DNA of 64,000 nt from Bugula neritina (Eukaryota > Animalia > Bryozoa): the NCBI GenBank assembly GCA_964035545.1, contig OZ037769.1:4011929-4075928 (forward strand). Direction: 5' to 3'. The notes beneath the pieces were generated by a model. It saw only the letters and a program-made list of their open reading frames with translations, had not been told where the DNA came from and made no database searches. The translations under genes and the position numbers were made by a program. Within the stretch, counting starts at the first letter, position 1. Each line of letters begins with the position of its first letter. Below, one piece after another: positions 12,882 through 25,600 of the stretch.

Positions 12882-15438
12882 CTAATTAGTGGGTGGTGGG
12901 GGTCGGTTGTTGTTACCAGCCAGGTTGAGTTCACAGCAGAGACAGTTAATATTGTCACAGTCACAGTTCATGTCACATTTACAGTCTCCACACTCAAAGC
13001 CCTCCTGGCAGCAGTCACACTGCTCAAGGCAGCATCGACACATCATAGCATCAGCAAAGTTAACATTCTAAAATCAGATTATTTCAATGATTATTGCAGA
13101 TAAAAGTCAAAGTAAAAAGTGCCAACCATGAAAAACACATAACATGAAACAAAGGCTTTCAGAAGATTATAACACAAGTTTGGCAAGTGGCCAAAATTCA
13201 CATATTCATAAATTATTGAGTAGGCTTATGCTTTTAATAAACCTTACACACCAGGAGTAATAAAATCAAAACTGTTACCAAAACTTGAAGGTGATGTATA
13301 TAATTCAGTATATTATAGGTAAAACTGCATTCCTTATAATTTATCTATCTTAAATTTATTATATTTCTAGTTTGCTCAGCTAGTAAATCGGAAAAAAAAT
13401 TAGATAGAAAGGATGGCAGTAGACCAGTAGATCTCCTTGTCTGCTTACAGGCGGATTTCCCACAAATGGATGAAATGTGAATAAGACAACTCTACAGTAT
13501 TTCTAATGAACTACTTATTGATAATTACAAAAAAAACTTATGTAAAACAGACTGCTTAAAAAAGATTTAAGAATGTAACATAATTAGGTGGAGACAACTC
13601 CCATAATTACTAGCCTAAAATATGGCAGACTGATGATTTGTCTTCTAGTAAAAAATGGCGCCCTAATCACAGCAGAAATACAAAAAGATCAACAGACCAA
13701 TCATAGCCTCAGAGCAGGAACTTAGACTATTACCTGTCTCTGGGGGCACACGGCATCGAGACAGCCGGTTACAGAAGGAGATTTACAGTCACAGGAAGCT
13801 TGACATGACTCGAAGCACCACTGACTGAATGAGCCCTCACAACAGTTGAATCTACACTCGCCACACAAACCTTTCGCCTAGAAACAAGCGCACAGTGAAG
13901 AGTTGCAGCAGATACACTCCTTAAACATGAGATAGCGCAAAGTTAGAAATGAATATTATTGTGTAACTATAGATGAAAATGCAAGTGTAAACATTTATAG
14001 CTGAAATATACAATTTTCAAGCTTTTCGCAGTTAAAATCTAATAAGAATATTGTTGTCCAGCATAGAAACTATAAGTTTGCCAGTTTATTAGGATTTTAG
14101 GTGATTTAGTGTGAATGCTATGCTTTAATATAAGAAAAACAATTGTTGCAATTATTAAACGTAATCAAACCAATTCCGGTTGCAATATCGAATTGCTATT
14201 ACACTATGGTATGGGATGACTTCATTTTCATTGTGAAAGTATGAAAGAAATTGGCAGACACAACAATCTGCAGGTAAAAACTAGACACATCATTCTTTGA
14301 TATAATATAGAATTGATTCATCATTACAAAACCTACCAGCACACATTGACGAATAACTAGAATCAGAGCTATGACTAATGCATATGCTCCTATAGCAATG
14401 CATATCCAAGCAGCTATAGGTACTGTGACAGGTGACTTGGGGGCGCTCGTTATAACACTCTCCCAGTCTGGAAGGGAAGGCGTCACAGTCTAAAATGCAC
14501 TAATAATTATAATAAAACAACAGATAATGTATGTTCAGGTGCAAGTAAGACATTGAAAACTATTTTCAGAGTTTAGCTAAATCATACTATATGGGTAAAT
14601 TTTTGGTGAATTTTTAGAAAGGACTGTATAGCCCAAAAGTTCTAAATTTTTACAGCTGGTAACAGCCAGTAATGATTTATTTTTTTTGGCAAATGGATAT
14701 CACCAATAATTATGCTAACAAAATTGAATTACGTTTCATTACATTGCATTCAAGTATTTTGATAACTTCATAGATTGAAATTGTAATAATTGTACTATTT
14801 ATAACATAAAGGAATCTACTATTGATAACTTATTTTTATAATAGGCTCTTACTAAAATTATAAGTTATAATTATAGTAATGCTATATTAAACATAATTAT
14901 AAAAAAGCAATGGTTATTAAGTAAATAATAGTTAATTTGTTTATTATAATTATATTTTAAACAGCAAAACTATACAATTCAATCTAAAATTTTACAATAT
15001 AAAGTTTCACAATCAATGTTTTTAGGCCTTTAACAATCTATTTTATACTTGAAATTTATACGACCAAAGTTCAGGGGCATAAGTGTAAGGAGTACTAACT
15101 CAGTATTAGTACGAGTATGAGTATCAGTGATGCTGATAGTGATACTATAACTATTAGTATTAGTATTACTATTAGTATTAGTATTACTGATAATGATACT
15201 ATTACTATCATTGAGTATCACTATGAGTATGACTATCACTGACAGTATCACATTGATTATCACTATCAGTATGAGTATAAAGCATCAGTATAGGTAAGTG
15301 TAATGTAACACTAACACCAGGTCTAACAGTAAGTGTAACATTAGCAGTAACTCCAACTGTGAGAAGAAAAAAATAAAACAATCACAATGTCAATTGGTGA
15401 TTATCATGAGCTGTGCATGAAATACTTACTGGCGCCAT
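12882..15438 (-). CDS. Small single-pass membrane protein with cysteine-rich tail (163 aa)
   Basis: Four exons joined by phase-0 introns: 15438-15430 (MAP), 14489-14337 (TVTPSLPDWESVITSAPKSPVTVPIAAWICIAIGAYALVIALILVIRQCVL; one hydrophobic helix), 13877-13734 (AKGLCGECRFNCCEGSFSQWCFESCQASCDCKSPSVTGCLDAVCPQRQ), 13067-12882 (NVNFADAMMCRCCLEQCDCCQEGFECGDCKCDMNCDCDNINCLCCELNLAGNNNRPPPPTN*). Splice sites are canonical throughout. Confidence 0.85.
15085..15360. repeat. Degenerate ACT/AGT hexamer-period low-complexity tract
   Basis: agtatt/actatt/agtatc/actatc units in intron 1 of the Cys-rich gene. Confidence 0.8.
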
Positions 15439-15880
15439 TTAAATAAAAAATTTATTCAAATTTTCAATAAAAACTTCAATGCTATTCACTGTGACACAAA
15501 GTCATATTGTATAGATTATTAAATAACATTAAACTATTAGCATGGTACAGTTTCATTAAAAGTCGCCATTTTCAAACATATTACCCAGCTACCACGAACT
15601 GGTTGTTAAACAAAAATCTTTCGAACTACCATCGAAACCTTTACGGCAATATTTTAGGCGTTCACAAAGGCTATTATATGAGCAGAAACAAGTTATCTGA
15701 GTTATCTGTTCCTGTAAATCACCTGAAAGAAAGTGGGCAGGTTCAATAGTAGCAACCAACGGAAGCAATTGGCTTAAATGAACATCAATAGGCGTGGTTT
15801 TATTGCCTCGTGTTTCCCCAAACAAAAATTAGCTTTTAGTTGCCCTTTCAGTTCTCCACATTGACATTTGACTTTGGTTA
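15439..15880. promoter_or_regulatory. Putative divergent promoter region shared by the Cys-rich membrane gene and DOCK
   Basis: Lies between head-to-head genes and is locally richer in CpG. It has a YY1-like CGCCATTTT at 15564-15572, an ETS-like ACGGAAGC at 15759-15766 and ATTGG (reverse CCAAT) at ~15768. The DOCK ATG exon starts at an acceptor (16648), implying an upstream non-coding exon near here. Confidence 0.45.
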
Positions 15881-16017
15881 GTCGTACTAAGTGATAACAG
15901 ATTTTTACATTTGCTGTTTCGCATTGTAAGGAAATACAGCAACTGGCAGTTCTCTTTAGTCAAGATTTTTAACTAATTTTGACTAAATTAAGTTTTCAAC
16001 AAACCTTTTTTTATTAG

Positions 16018-16430
16018 AGTCACTGTTGGTATTAGTATTACTATTACATTTACTATTAGTATTACTATTTACTAATACTATTAGTATTAGTATTAGATTT
16101 AGTATAGTATTACATTTACTATTACTATTAGTATTACTATTACTATTAGTGTTAGTATTAGTATTACTAAAGTATTACATTTACTATTAGTATTAGTATT
16201 ACTATTATTATTTGTGAATTACTATTGGCATTGCCATTAGTAATAGTATTTCTGTTAGTGTTAGTCTGTTGCTGTTAGTGTTACTCATACTCATAGTCAT
16301 ACTGATATTGTTACTGTTAGTGTCTGTGTTAGACTTAGTATTACACTTGCAGTAGCTGTAAGCGTAGCAGCTACTAGTAGTATGACTGTGTGGCTATTAT
16401 AATAATTATTAGTGATAGTATTACTATTTG
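16018..16430. repeat. Degenerate ACT/AGT hexamer-period low-complexity tract
   Basis: tagtat/tactat/ttagtg units in the DOCK 5' UTR intron. Confidence 0.8.
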
Positions 16431-16698
16431 TAATAAAAATAACTAATAATTAATAAGGTAAATGTTAGTATTGATAATTAGAAAATTATTAATAAGTTAA
16501 AATGTATTACAATAATTTATTGTTTATAAATATCATATGTGTGATGTATCAGCATTAGTTTGAGTATGTTGAACTTGATGTATGGCTTATGGTAACTGTA
16601 ATCATGATGATAATCATTATCATAATCATAATGCATTTTCTTTACAGGTGGCTATGGTTATTTTACATCTTTAGAAAAAGAATAGTGGGGAATTTAAA

Positions 16699-19600
16699 AT
16701 GTGGACTAAAAGTACCAAAGGCATTGGAATAGGTTGGTAAAATTTTATGAGGCATAAGCTACACGCTAAGCTTAGCTTTTTTGATCATTTTGCTATTTAA
16801 ATTTTAATTAAAACTGATGATTTTTGCAGGCTAGGTACCCCCCCCCACCCTGCAAAGTAGCGACTTACCATGTTCACTTATGCTATTTCAACGTTCAGAA
16901 ATAGTTTAACTGCTGTAGTAGTAAATATTTTCAGTTGTTATTTTGCTGGTCTGAATTGCATAAATTATTTTCTAATGTATAAATTAACCTGCAAGGTATT
17001 GCGTTTGAACTGCACAGTTCTCTTTTTTTAATCGCATAATAATTGCTGCTCTATTTGGTTAGTAAATGTTCATCACATATATTGATTGTATCCTCCAACT
17101 GACCCACAATACTTTTTGTTTCACTCCCCTTCAGAGTGCACATCAACCTGTTGATGTTGTGACATAAAGTGTAAATGCTATGCAGGTAATTTGCTGAAAT
17201 GGTTTGAGTACCTGCAAAGCTGTGTACTTTTTGACTTTAGATTAATACTTCTGCTTCTTCAGTTATACATGTGTATCTCTGAAAGTTTCATTTATTTTTT
17301 AATTTAAAAAATAGGCATGGATTACAAGAGAAGTAAAATAGTACTCAAATTGAATATAGAATTACAAATAATAGAACTTCTTTAATGTAAAACATTGGAA
17401 TCTTTTATATATATAGATTGAATTTTGAGGAATTACGCGGCATATATGTAAATTCAATATTACTTCATTTAGTGATTTGTTGTTATGAATTGAAAGACTA
17501 AACTTTTGTTCTTAGTAAATTGATGAAGCTCTTAGCTGCTATATTTCAGACTACATTCTATCCCTCAGACTATATACCCCATCTGACCGCAGCACCAGCT
17601 TTGACACTTTCTTTCACTGAAGTGGGATCAAGTCAGCTGTTGACACTAAAACTAGTAGCAGCTCTCAAACAAACATAGAGACTGACTGTTGCATCACTCA
17701 ACTTCCTTTTAACTTCGACTAAAACTTCCTCATTGTATCTCTAATCTTTTCTTTTTGCTTATTCTTTTTATTCCCTGTATAACTCTTAGCTATAGGCAAA
17801 CAGTGGAATGAATACAGACTAGCAGTAGCCTACTGTGTGTGTTTCTAACTTAAGATGTACTCTATGCAAACTCTTCAAAATAAAAAGATAAAACTTATCT
17901 GCTTTTGCATTCCTCTGCCAGCAACTTTAGTTTTCAAGGTTTAGGAAAGGATTCTAGTAGATAGTAGCTCTGCTAATGACTTTAGGTGTTGAGATTCGAG
18001 AAGGGATTTTAGTAGATAGTAGCGCTGCCAGTAAAAAAAGAGCAAGTATTTGGCACATCAAACTGCCTCATTCATGTTGCCTTCTGCAGTAGCTATTTGT
18101 TATACTATCTCTGCAATCCGATTGGCTGATGAGTCACGGCACTTTGATAGTTCAGAAATTGCGTGTAACATATGACTCAGCTATTGATTTCTGTATTCTC
18201 AGCAGCAATTACTAGTTAGTCTCCTATTTCCATCATTGCCATGAATATAATTACTCTACTAAATAACCAATAAAGGGTTTTTAACAGGCAGCAGTGACTA
18301 CGTACCTGTCAGCACTAGCCTATGATAAACTAACCTACTTTCATCTTATCTACTACAACTGGAACACTATGCTGTGAACAAAGTCTAGTGTATACAACAT
18401 ATTAGGATCTCTGTACTAATACTTACATGTACTGGAAAAAAATAAAAAATTCACTGATTTAGTTGCATTATTATTTCATAGATCGGTTTTAAATTACATT
18501 TAATAACTAATGGAGACCTTAGAAACTATATTTAGATAGTAGCCTACAGCATCTATTACAATGATAAGGACTTGATAACATCAGCTGATTTTGAAATAGG
18601 AGTTTTCTTAAAATATTGCCTTCTATGCTGCCATGTCACCAGCTACTTTAAGCTAATTTCAACTTGTTTACAATATCTTATAAGGATAAATTAGTCTCAC
18701 TATAAAAAGAAAACTGCCATAATTATACATCTATTATTGTGTTTTTATTGCTAATTTTTATAACACTATGTCCAGTAAGAAAAACTGGGAAAACCAGCTA
18801 TAGTTGGCTTGTAATACCAGTTTAACATTCTGGAAGCTTCCACATGCCAAAGATAAATGGTTGCATATGCTGTACTGCATGGTCTTCATTAACACCACCA
18901 GTTATATATCTATGATATAGTCTTAAAGACCCGGGTATTAAAATGCTTCGAGACTAATTCGTTTTCTTTCCATCAGCCGTGAATAGACCATCTGTCATGA
19001 TATTGATTCCCAGTTTTATATGTTAAGTAATGGAGCATATTACCCCTTTCATATAGATTCCCATTGCAGTGTAAGTCCCAGTTAGTTGGCTAGCTAAGCT
19101 GCTTCTGCCATGCCACGACCCAGTCAGAATATTTTGAAATGTTAGAAAGAAATAAATGCACCAGTACTATAGGGTTCAGCTTTTTATGCTCATACGTGTA
19201 GATTTGTAAGACTCAGCAAATTTTAAAGAAATTTTTCTAGTCATCATCTTAAGCAATCCTTTATTTAGTCACTAATTTGCTACCTTACCTTTTGTGTAGA
19301 TTGTATGTTTAAATCTGATCCATTGTTGCTGTTGAACCAGGCTTTTGTGTTTATATTTTAGTGATTTGCAACTTCAAGAAGGGCAACATTCCACATGCAA
19401 TCGATCTGAAGATTTGTGATACTGTGGTTATTGAACAGCAACATGAAGGTTAATAAGTTATTACTTCACAGTCCTAGTGGTCTCTGTGCATATCTTACAA
19501 ATTAGAATGTGTTATATATATAAGATAATAGGAAAAACTACATTTTAAGGTGTTGATTTTGGCTACTGCAAGGTATGTAGCTCTAATATTTTTCTATACA

Positions 19601-22600
19601 TGTGCAACTTTGATAGTTTTACGTTGGTTTATAGAATAATTTTTAAAAGATTTCAAATTACAATATAAATTACTTTTAGTCACTATTTTGTTTCTTCTGA
19701 AACTGCATCTGATCCAAGTATTCTCCAACTTAGCAAACTTAGGTTTTCCTAAATTTTACTTTAAACGAAATTGTGTGCATCAGTGTAAATTTTTCTTACA
19801 AATTAATAATTCTAGTATCAACAAGTAGTCAGGATTTGTGACAGGCATTTGAAAATTTCAAACCTAGGAGACATAAAATTTCTAATTATTGATTTGTTTA
19901 AAGGTAATATGTGCTACTTGTGCAGAACTGTCTGTTTATTTAATCATGAGAGTAGAAGACTCGACTGGACATGATAAGTTTCACTAGAAAAAACTCAGGC
20001 AATTTTATAGTCAGCATCCCTGTTGGAAACTGGCGATGGAAAGGGCTTTTAAGTGGGCTATGGACCATTGAACTATAACCCTTATAGTTTCAAGTTCAGT
20101 GCTATGGACTTATTCAAATGGGGCACAGGAGCAATTATGACTGAATGCTCTTCCTAACATCACCAATGGCCTTTACTGGGGCTCTAACCCATGACTTCAT
20201 GTTTACTAAACTAAACACTCTAACCCCTAGACCACGGCTGCTCCCCCAACAGAAGGTTGCCTTAAATGCCTCTTTGGACAGTTGTGTTTATCTCGAAAGG
20301 GAACTGCTGTTTGATTACTGATTGGGAAATTATATATTTTCATGTTTTTGTAGCGTAATTAAATAATATTATCAAAGTTTGAACCATCTCCACTTTTTAT
20401 TCGATTAACTGATAAATATGGTTGAATGTAGCTTACAAAAAGATAAGGAAATATAAAATCACTTCGTGATTTTCGATCATTACACAATCGGCAACATATT
20501 GTTTTGCGTGGGATTTTCACCATGAGGTTACAAAAATGAACATGTTTACCATGTGATGTGATTTACTTTATTGTTTTTCACTACTCTGTGTTTGAGTATT
20601 ATAAAACCAAAACAGGGAAGTTGAACCATCGTAAGGTGATGAACATGTTTGCTTCCATTTGCTTTTGTTTGTATTTCAGATGAAAATCTTTTATCACATG
20701 ATTAAGATATTTTGTTACTCAAAAGTTGCACAATTCTTTTCTATTTGTTCAGTTTGAGATTACTAACTCCAGTCACTTTCAATAAGGCAAAATTTGATTG
20801 ACTATGGAGGTTGGAGTATTTTGTGTTTGTCAAACTGAGAGATTTGGAATTGTTTTGATTCAAGTGAACAAAAGACAATTATATGAATATAGTAATTCAC
20901 AAACTGCAAAACCTTTAGCACAAAATTGCACTTGAAATCTAACAACTGAGAATCTGAATGTTTTTCTAGAGCTATGTCAAATTAGATTTAAAGTTATCTA
21001 ACTTATGGAAAAATACATTGTTTAGACTTAAGAGGAAAATAAATTAAAACCTAGTTTAATTTTGAAAAGAAATTTAATTAAATTTAGAGTTAGACTTAAG
21101 TTGATCCAAAACATAATTGTTACAATTTTATTTTGAAATAATTGTATACAAACTAAAGAAAGTAATTTTCAAGCATACTAAAGGTTTACCACCTTTTTTC
21201 AACACTTATTTATGACCTTTAATTTTTTTCTAATCCTATACTTTGTTGAAATTTAGAATGTAAAATAATAGTGTTATGTGATAGTATATATTACACTACT
21301 AGCTACTGACATCATTTCTCTTTTAGGATGGTATCAGGGATATCTGGTAGACAACAGGGCAGTGTCTGTAAGTTAATATAAAATTATGGCCTCACACTAG
21401 TATAGACTTCTTCATGTATCTAACTAACTATATGGTATATCACATGAAGGATCAAAACTGTTATTTTCTGCTTAACCCCTGTGCAAACTGTTATTATTTT
21501 ATACCCTGGGAAAGGCTGTGTCAAAGGGTCACTGCACTGTGCTGGTAGTCTTTCTGTCAGACATCAATATTTCTTATTCTCATGACTCATATCTGATTTA
21601 TATTCCATTCTAAAAATTATTGAAATTAGAGATATTTGTCACATGATGGTGTTTTTTAAATTTGATACTTGGCTTTTTAAATGTAAATACATTTTATTGG
21701 TATATCAGAACACAAACATGATTCTGAAAGTACCCTCTGATAAACATACACTGTCTCTTAGTCTGGCCTGGTAGACTGGCCCAACAGTCTGGCCTGGTAG
21801 GCTGCTGACCCAGTAAACTGGCCCGACAGTTTAACTCAGTAAACTGGCCCGACAGTTTAACTCAGTAAACTGGCCCAGTAAACTGGCCCAACAGTCTGAC
21901 CCAGTAGACTGGCCCAGTAGTAATGCTGGAGTAATTAGTATTATGCTTGTCCTAATAGTGTGACCAGTATATTAATTAGTTAGCAAGTGCATTATGCTTC
22001 TTTCAGCTCTAATGAGTGTTTGCTCAGTGCACTGTCTTTATTGTCATTTATTTTCTGAGTAAACACAGCCTCAGTTGATACATAACTTGTTTAAACTTTT
22101 ACTATTATGATTGATAATTGTAAGTTGTGGTGATTTTCCCCTCTTCTTATTACTCCTTGAGTGATGGCACAAGCCTAGCACAACTATGCTTTATTATAGA
22201 GAAGATTTTTGTATCAAAATAATTTCTTTTTGGAGACAAAAACTCATGAAAATGTTTTTTAATAAAAAATTAATTTTATAAAATAATACTTCCAGCCTTG
22301 TACTTGCATAAATTTGAAATGTCAGCCCCAGTAAATATGTTCAATTGTTTACCATGTTCTGTATGTTGGTGTTGTAGGGGATATTTCCGTCTCAGTATGT
22401 TCACGTTAAACAGCCATCTGCAAGATCCAGGTAGGTCTAGAAGCAGCTTATATCTTCAGTGAGATAAGAATAGTGGTGTTGAATGTATGCAAGTTTCTTA
22501 GCCTAAGCTTGTAACTATGCTCCTGGTTAGTATATTCAGGCCTATGCTTACAAGCACCAACATCACTTATATTAAAGCTTTTATTTAACACCAAAGTTGC

Positions 22601-25600
22601 ACAACATGTTGGTGTTGTTGCACCACACAGTAAAGTGTGGTGTAAATAATCTTGAACATTCGTTATCAGTATTTATAAGCTTTGATTTCTCTAGGATTTC
22701 AATTCTCCTCACTCTATCTATGTATATATAAATTGTCTAGTAAATTGATGAATCTTATATAGATGCTTGAATGTAACATGAACAGTATTACAAATAAACC
22801 AAGTCCCCTTAGCATTACCCGAAGTATACCCCTTGTACCCCAAGTGATTAATTATTAGAATATTGAAAGTTAATAAATACTAGAAAGAAACCTATTTTTG
22901 ATTTCGAGTTATTCTCGAGTTTTGACAAGGTCATGATGACTGATGCTTATGCCCAGTTCAGGGATAGTCTTGGTTAGTTATATACTCAAGATATGATCTG
23001 CCTATATACACACTAGTCTTCAGCTAACATGCACCAGTGGTGTGCAATAAGTATACACATCGGTTTGATTATTTCTTCAGAGTTGTAGTAAACCTAACTT
23101 GTCACTTCATTTCACACAACTTATCAACAACAGTGACAGGCTGAATGCTGCTGCCTGAGCACTGCTGACAGAGATTTATAAGTTAGACAGCTACTCTGTT
23201 CCAGTGGCAACAGCCTTTTCTATGCTATTGTTTGTGGTTTACACTACATTTAGCTCCTCAGTTTATATTGAAACACCTGTCTTCTTGGGCCATCATGATT
23301 CTTTCATTATCCATTTCTGTTTCTTGCTAAATGACTGTTGCTACTGCTGCCTTTGAAGATCAAAGCTGAGCTGGCAGATGATGAGTCATTGTTGATGTAC
23401 TGGTAGACTGAAGGCTATATTGAGACATTTCCATGAAAATGTTACTGATTTTAGTCATTCTGCTTTGAGTGTTTCTAGAAACTAGTGACAGGTTAAATGT
23501 GGTTAATTTTCAGCATTCAGTAAAATCTGACTAGCCATGCATCTCTCTAATCAGGTGTGCTTTGTTTGACTATGCAGCGTGTAGGTTTTGTGTACGTACC
23601 TTCAACAACCACATTTACCTGCAAGATTCATTGACTGGAAACACTGCTGCTGTATTCATTTCTGTTGAATTCTGATGAAAATTATGCAAGCTTGGACAAA
23701 TTTTGCACACTGCAGCTAAAATGAAGTCATTAACTTATTAGTCACAGATATCTGATTTCGGTCTCAGTGGGTTTAGTTTTATTGATGACTCGATTTAATT
23801 GGTTGATTAGCTGAGAGTTTCACAGTACTTTTTTTTTCTCATGAACTTTGTGATTATCTTTTGAAATTGCAACCGACTTCAAAAACCAACAGCACCTCTT
23901 ATGTAAAACTGATTGAATTTCATCTTTTGGAGATAGGTGCAGTAATAGAGAAATTGAGAAAAGCCTGTGTTTTAGATTAGAAATAGAGCAAAGGAAGTTA
24001 TGTTCTCACAACTCGTGCTCCAAACCAAAATTTAAAATAACAATTAAAGAACTTGGGTTAAATCTCAATTTCTCCACTACTGCTTCTAAATGATATTTTG
24101 CTGATTCCCCCAGAGTCCGGATTAATTTGTCATGTGGCTGGCATGCAAGAATTTGAGCATACTTCTTCATTGTGATTTGTCCTTGAGCTGCTGGTACAGT
24201 CTGAATATCTCGAACTTGATTGGCTGAGCACTAGCTGCTCAACTGATGTTATTTCCTTATTCTTAAGTTGATAAACTCTTCAATCATCTAGTCTGATTAT
24301 TGCCCTTCTTTCAGGACTGCGTATTAACGCGGAAGTTGGTCGTCGGGTCAACTGACTATGTAAATAGATGCTGTATAAACTGCAAAACAATCATTCATAA
24401 TGAGGTTATCATTGCTCACAGCTGGTGATCATGCTTCACAGGCTATTATGTTATTATTCTTAGTATTAGCTGGTCCTACCAGCAGTGTTTTATCACTAAA
24501 GGCCCACTGCCAGTTTTTCATCTCTAAATTTTGAAATAATGCCTGAATGGCCTACTGACTTCATTATAATGAAAAGCGTGTGACGGCAGAGTAAAATAAT
24601 GAAAGCAACATGGCCATTTGTAGTTATACTTTTCATAGCCATTTGTAGTAATACATTATAGTTTCTAGTACTTGTAGCAATACTTAGTGGTGACATTTGT
24701 AGAATATAGTGTGGTAGTAATACTAATAGTTGTATAGTATAGTGTGATATTTCTGCTAATAGTTATATAGTATAGTGTGGTAGTAATACTAATAGTTGTA
24801 TAGTACAGTGTGGTAGTAATACTAATAGTTATATAGTATAGTGTGGTAGTAATACTAATAGTTGTATAGTATAGTGTGATAGTGATGCTAATAGTTGTGT
24901 AGTATAGTGTGTTGTCTGTTGCAGTGGTTCGGTAACGGAAGATGAAGTTGTTGTGGAGGAGTTGAATTACACCCTCAAAGAATGGTTCAAAGCTCTGAGG
25001 AAACTGTCCAGTTCCCCTCAACAGGAGATGGTACACACCTTTACGTTTTCTTAGATTTTTAAAAGAATTCTTTTTATTAGTTTGTGCTTAGGTCGGCAAT
25101 AACAAAGCAAAAGTTTAATTTTTGTGAAATTAGAAGTTCTAAGGTAGATATCTTAGGTGCTTGTAATTAACAAGCATATTAAACTTTTTATTTCAAGTTT
25201 CACTTCTAGTGGTGCTAATGATTGGCATTTAAAAAATAATAGTTCCATATTTATCTCACGTTTAACTGGAAACTAACTGTGAATAATAAGACTTGTGGGT
25301 CCTGGTAGACAAATTAGTGTTTATTTTCTAGCTGAGCAAATCTGTGCAATCTGAAGCACTAAAGTTACTAGCTATGAAGAAGAGGTTCACGGCACCCTTC
25401 CTTACCAAACAGCTGAAAGCAGATCTTAGGGCTACGATTACCTCTAAGCTAGACTGGGGAAACAAGTATGTTATGTGTATGCCATCTATATCATGTCTTG
25501 TATGTAGTAAATTAATATATAATATATACTTATGATATATATATATATATATATTTTCTGGTAAACTTGAGCATTACTGATTGTTATGGAAATAGTATAA

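Noticed and set aside
20170-20245. tRNA gene
   Set aside because: The A/B boxes are degenerate, no cloverleaf is evident, and it is the head of a repeated SINE
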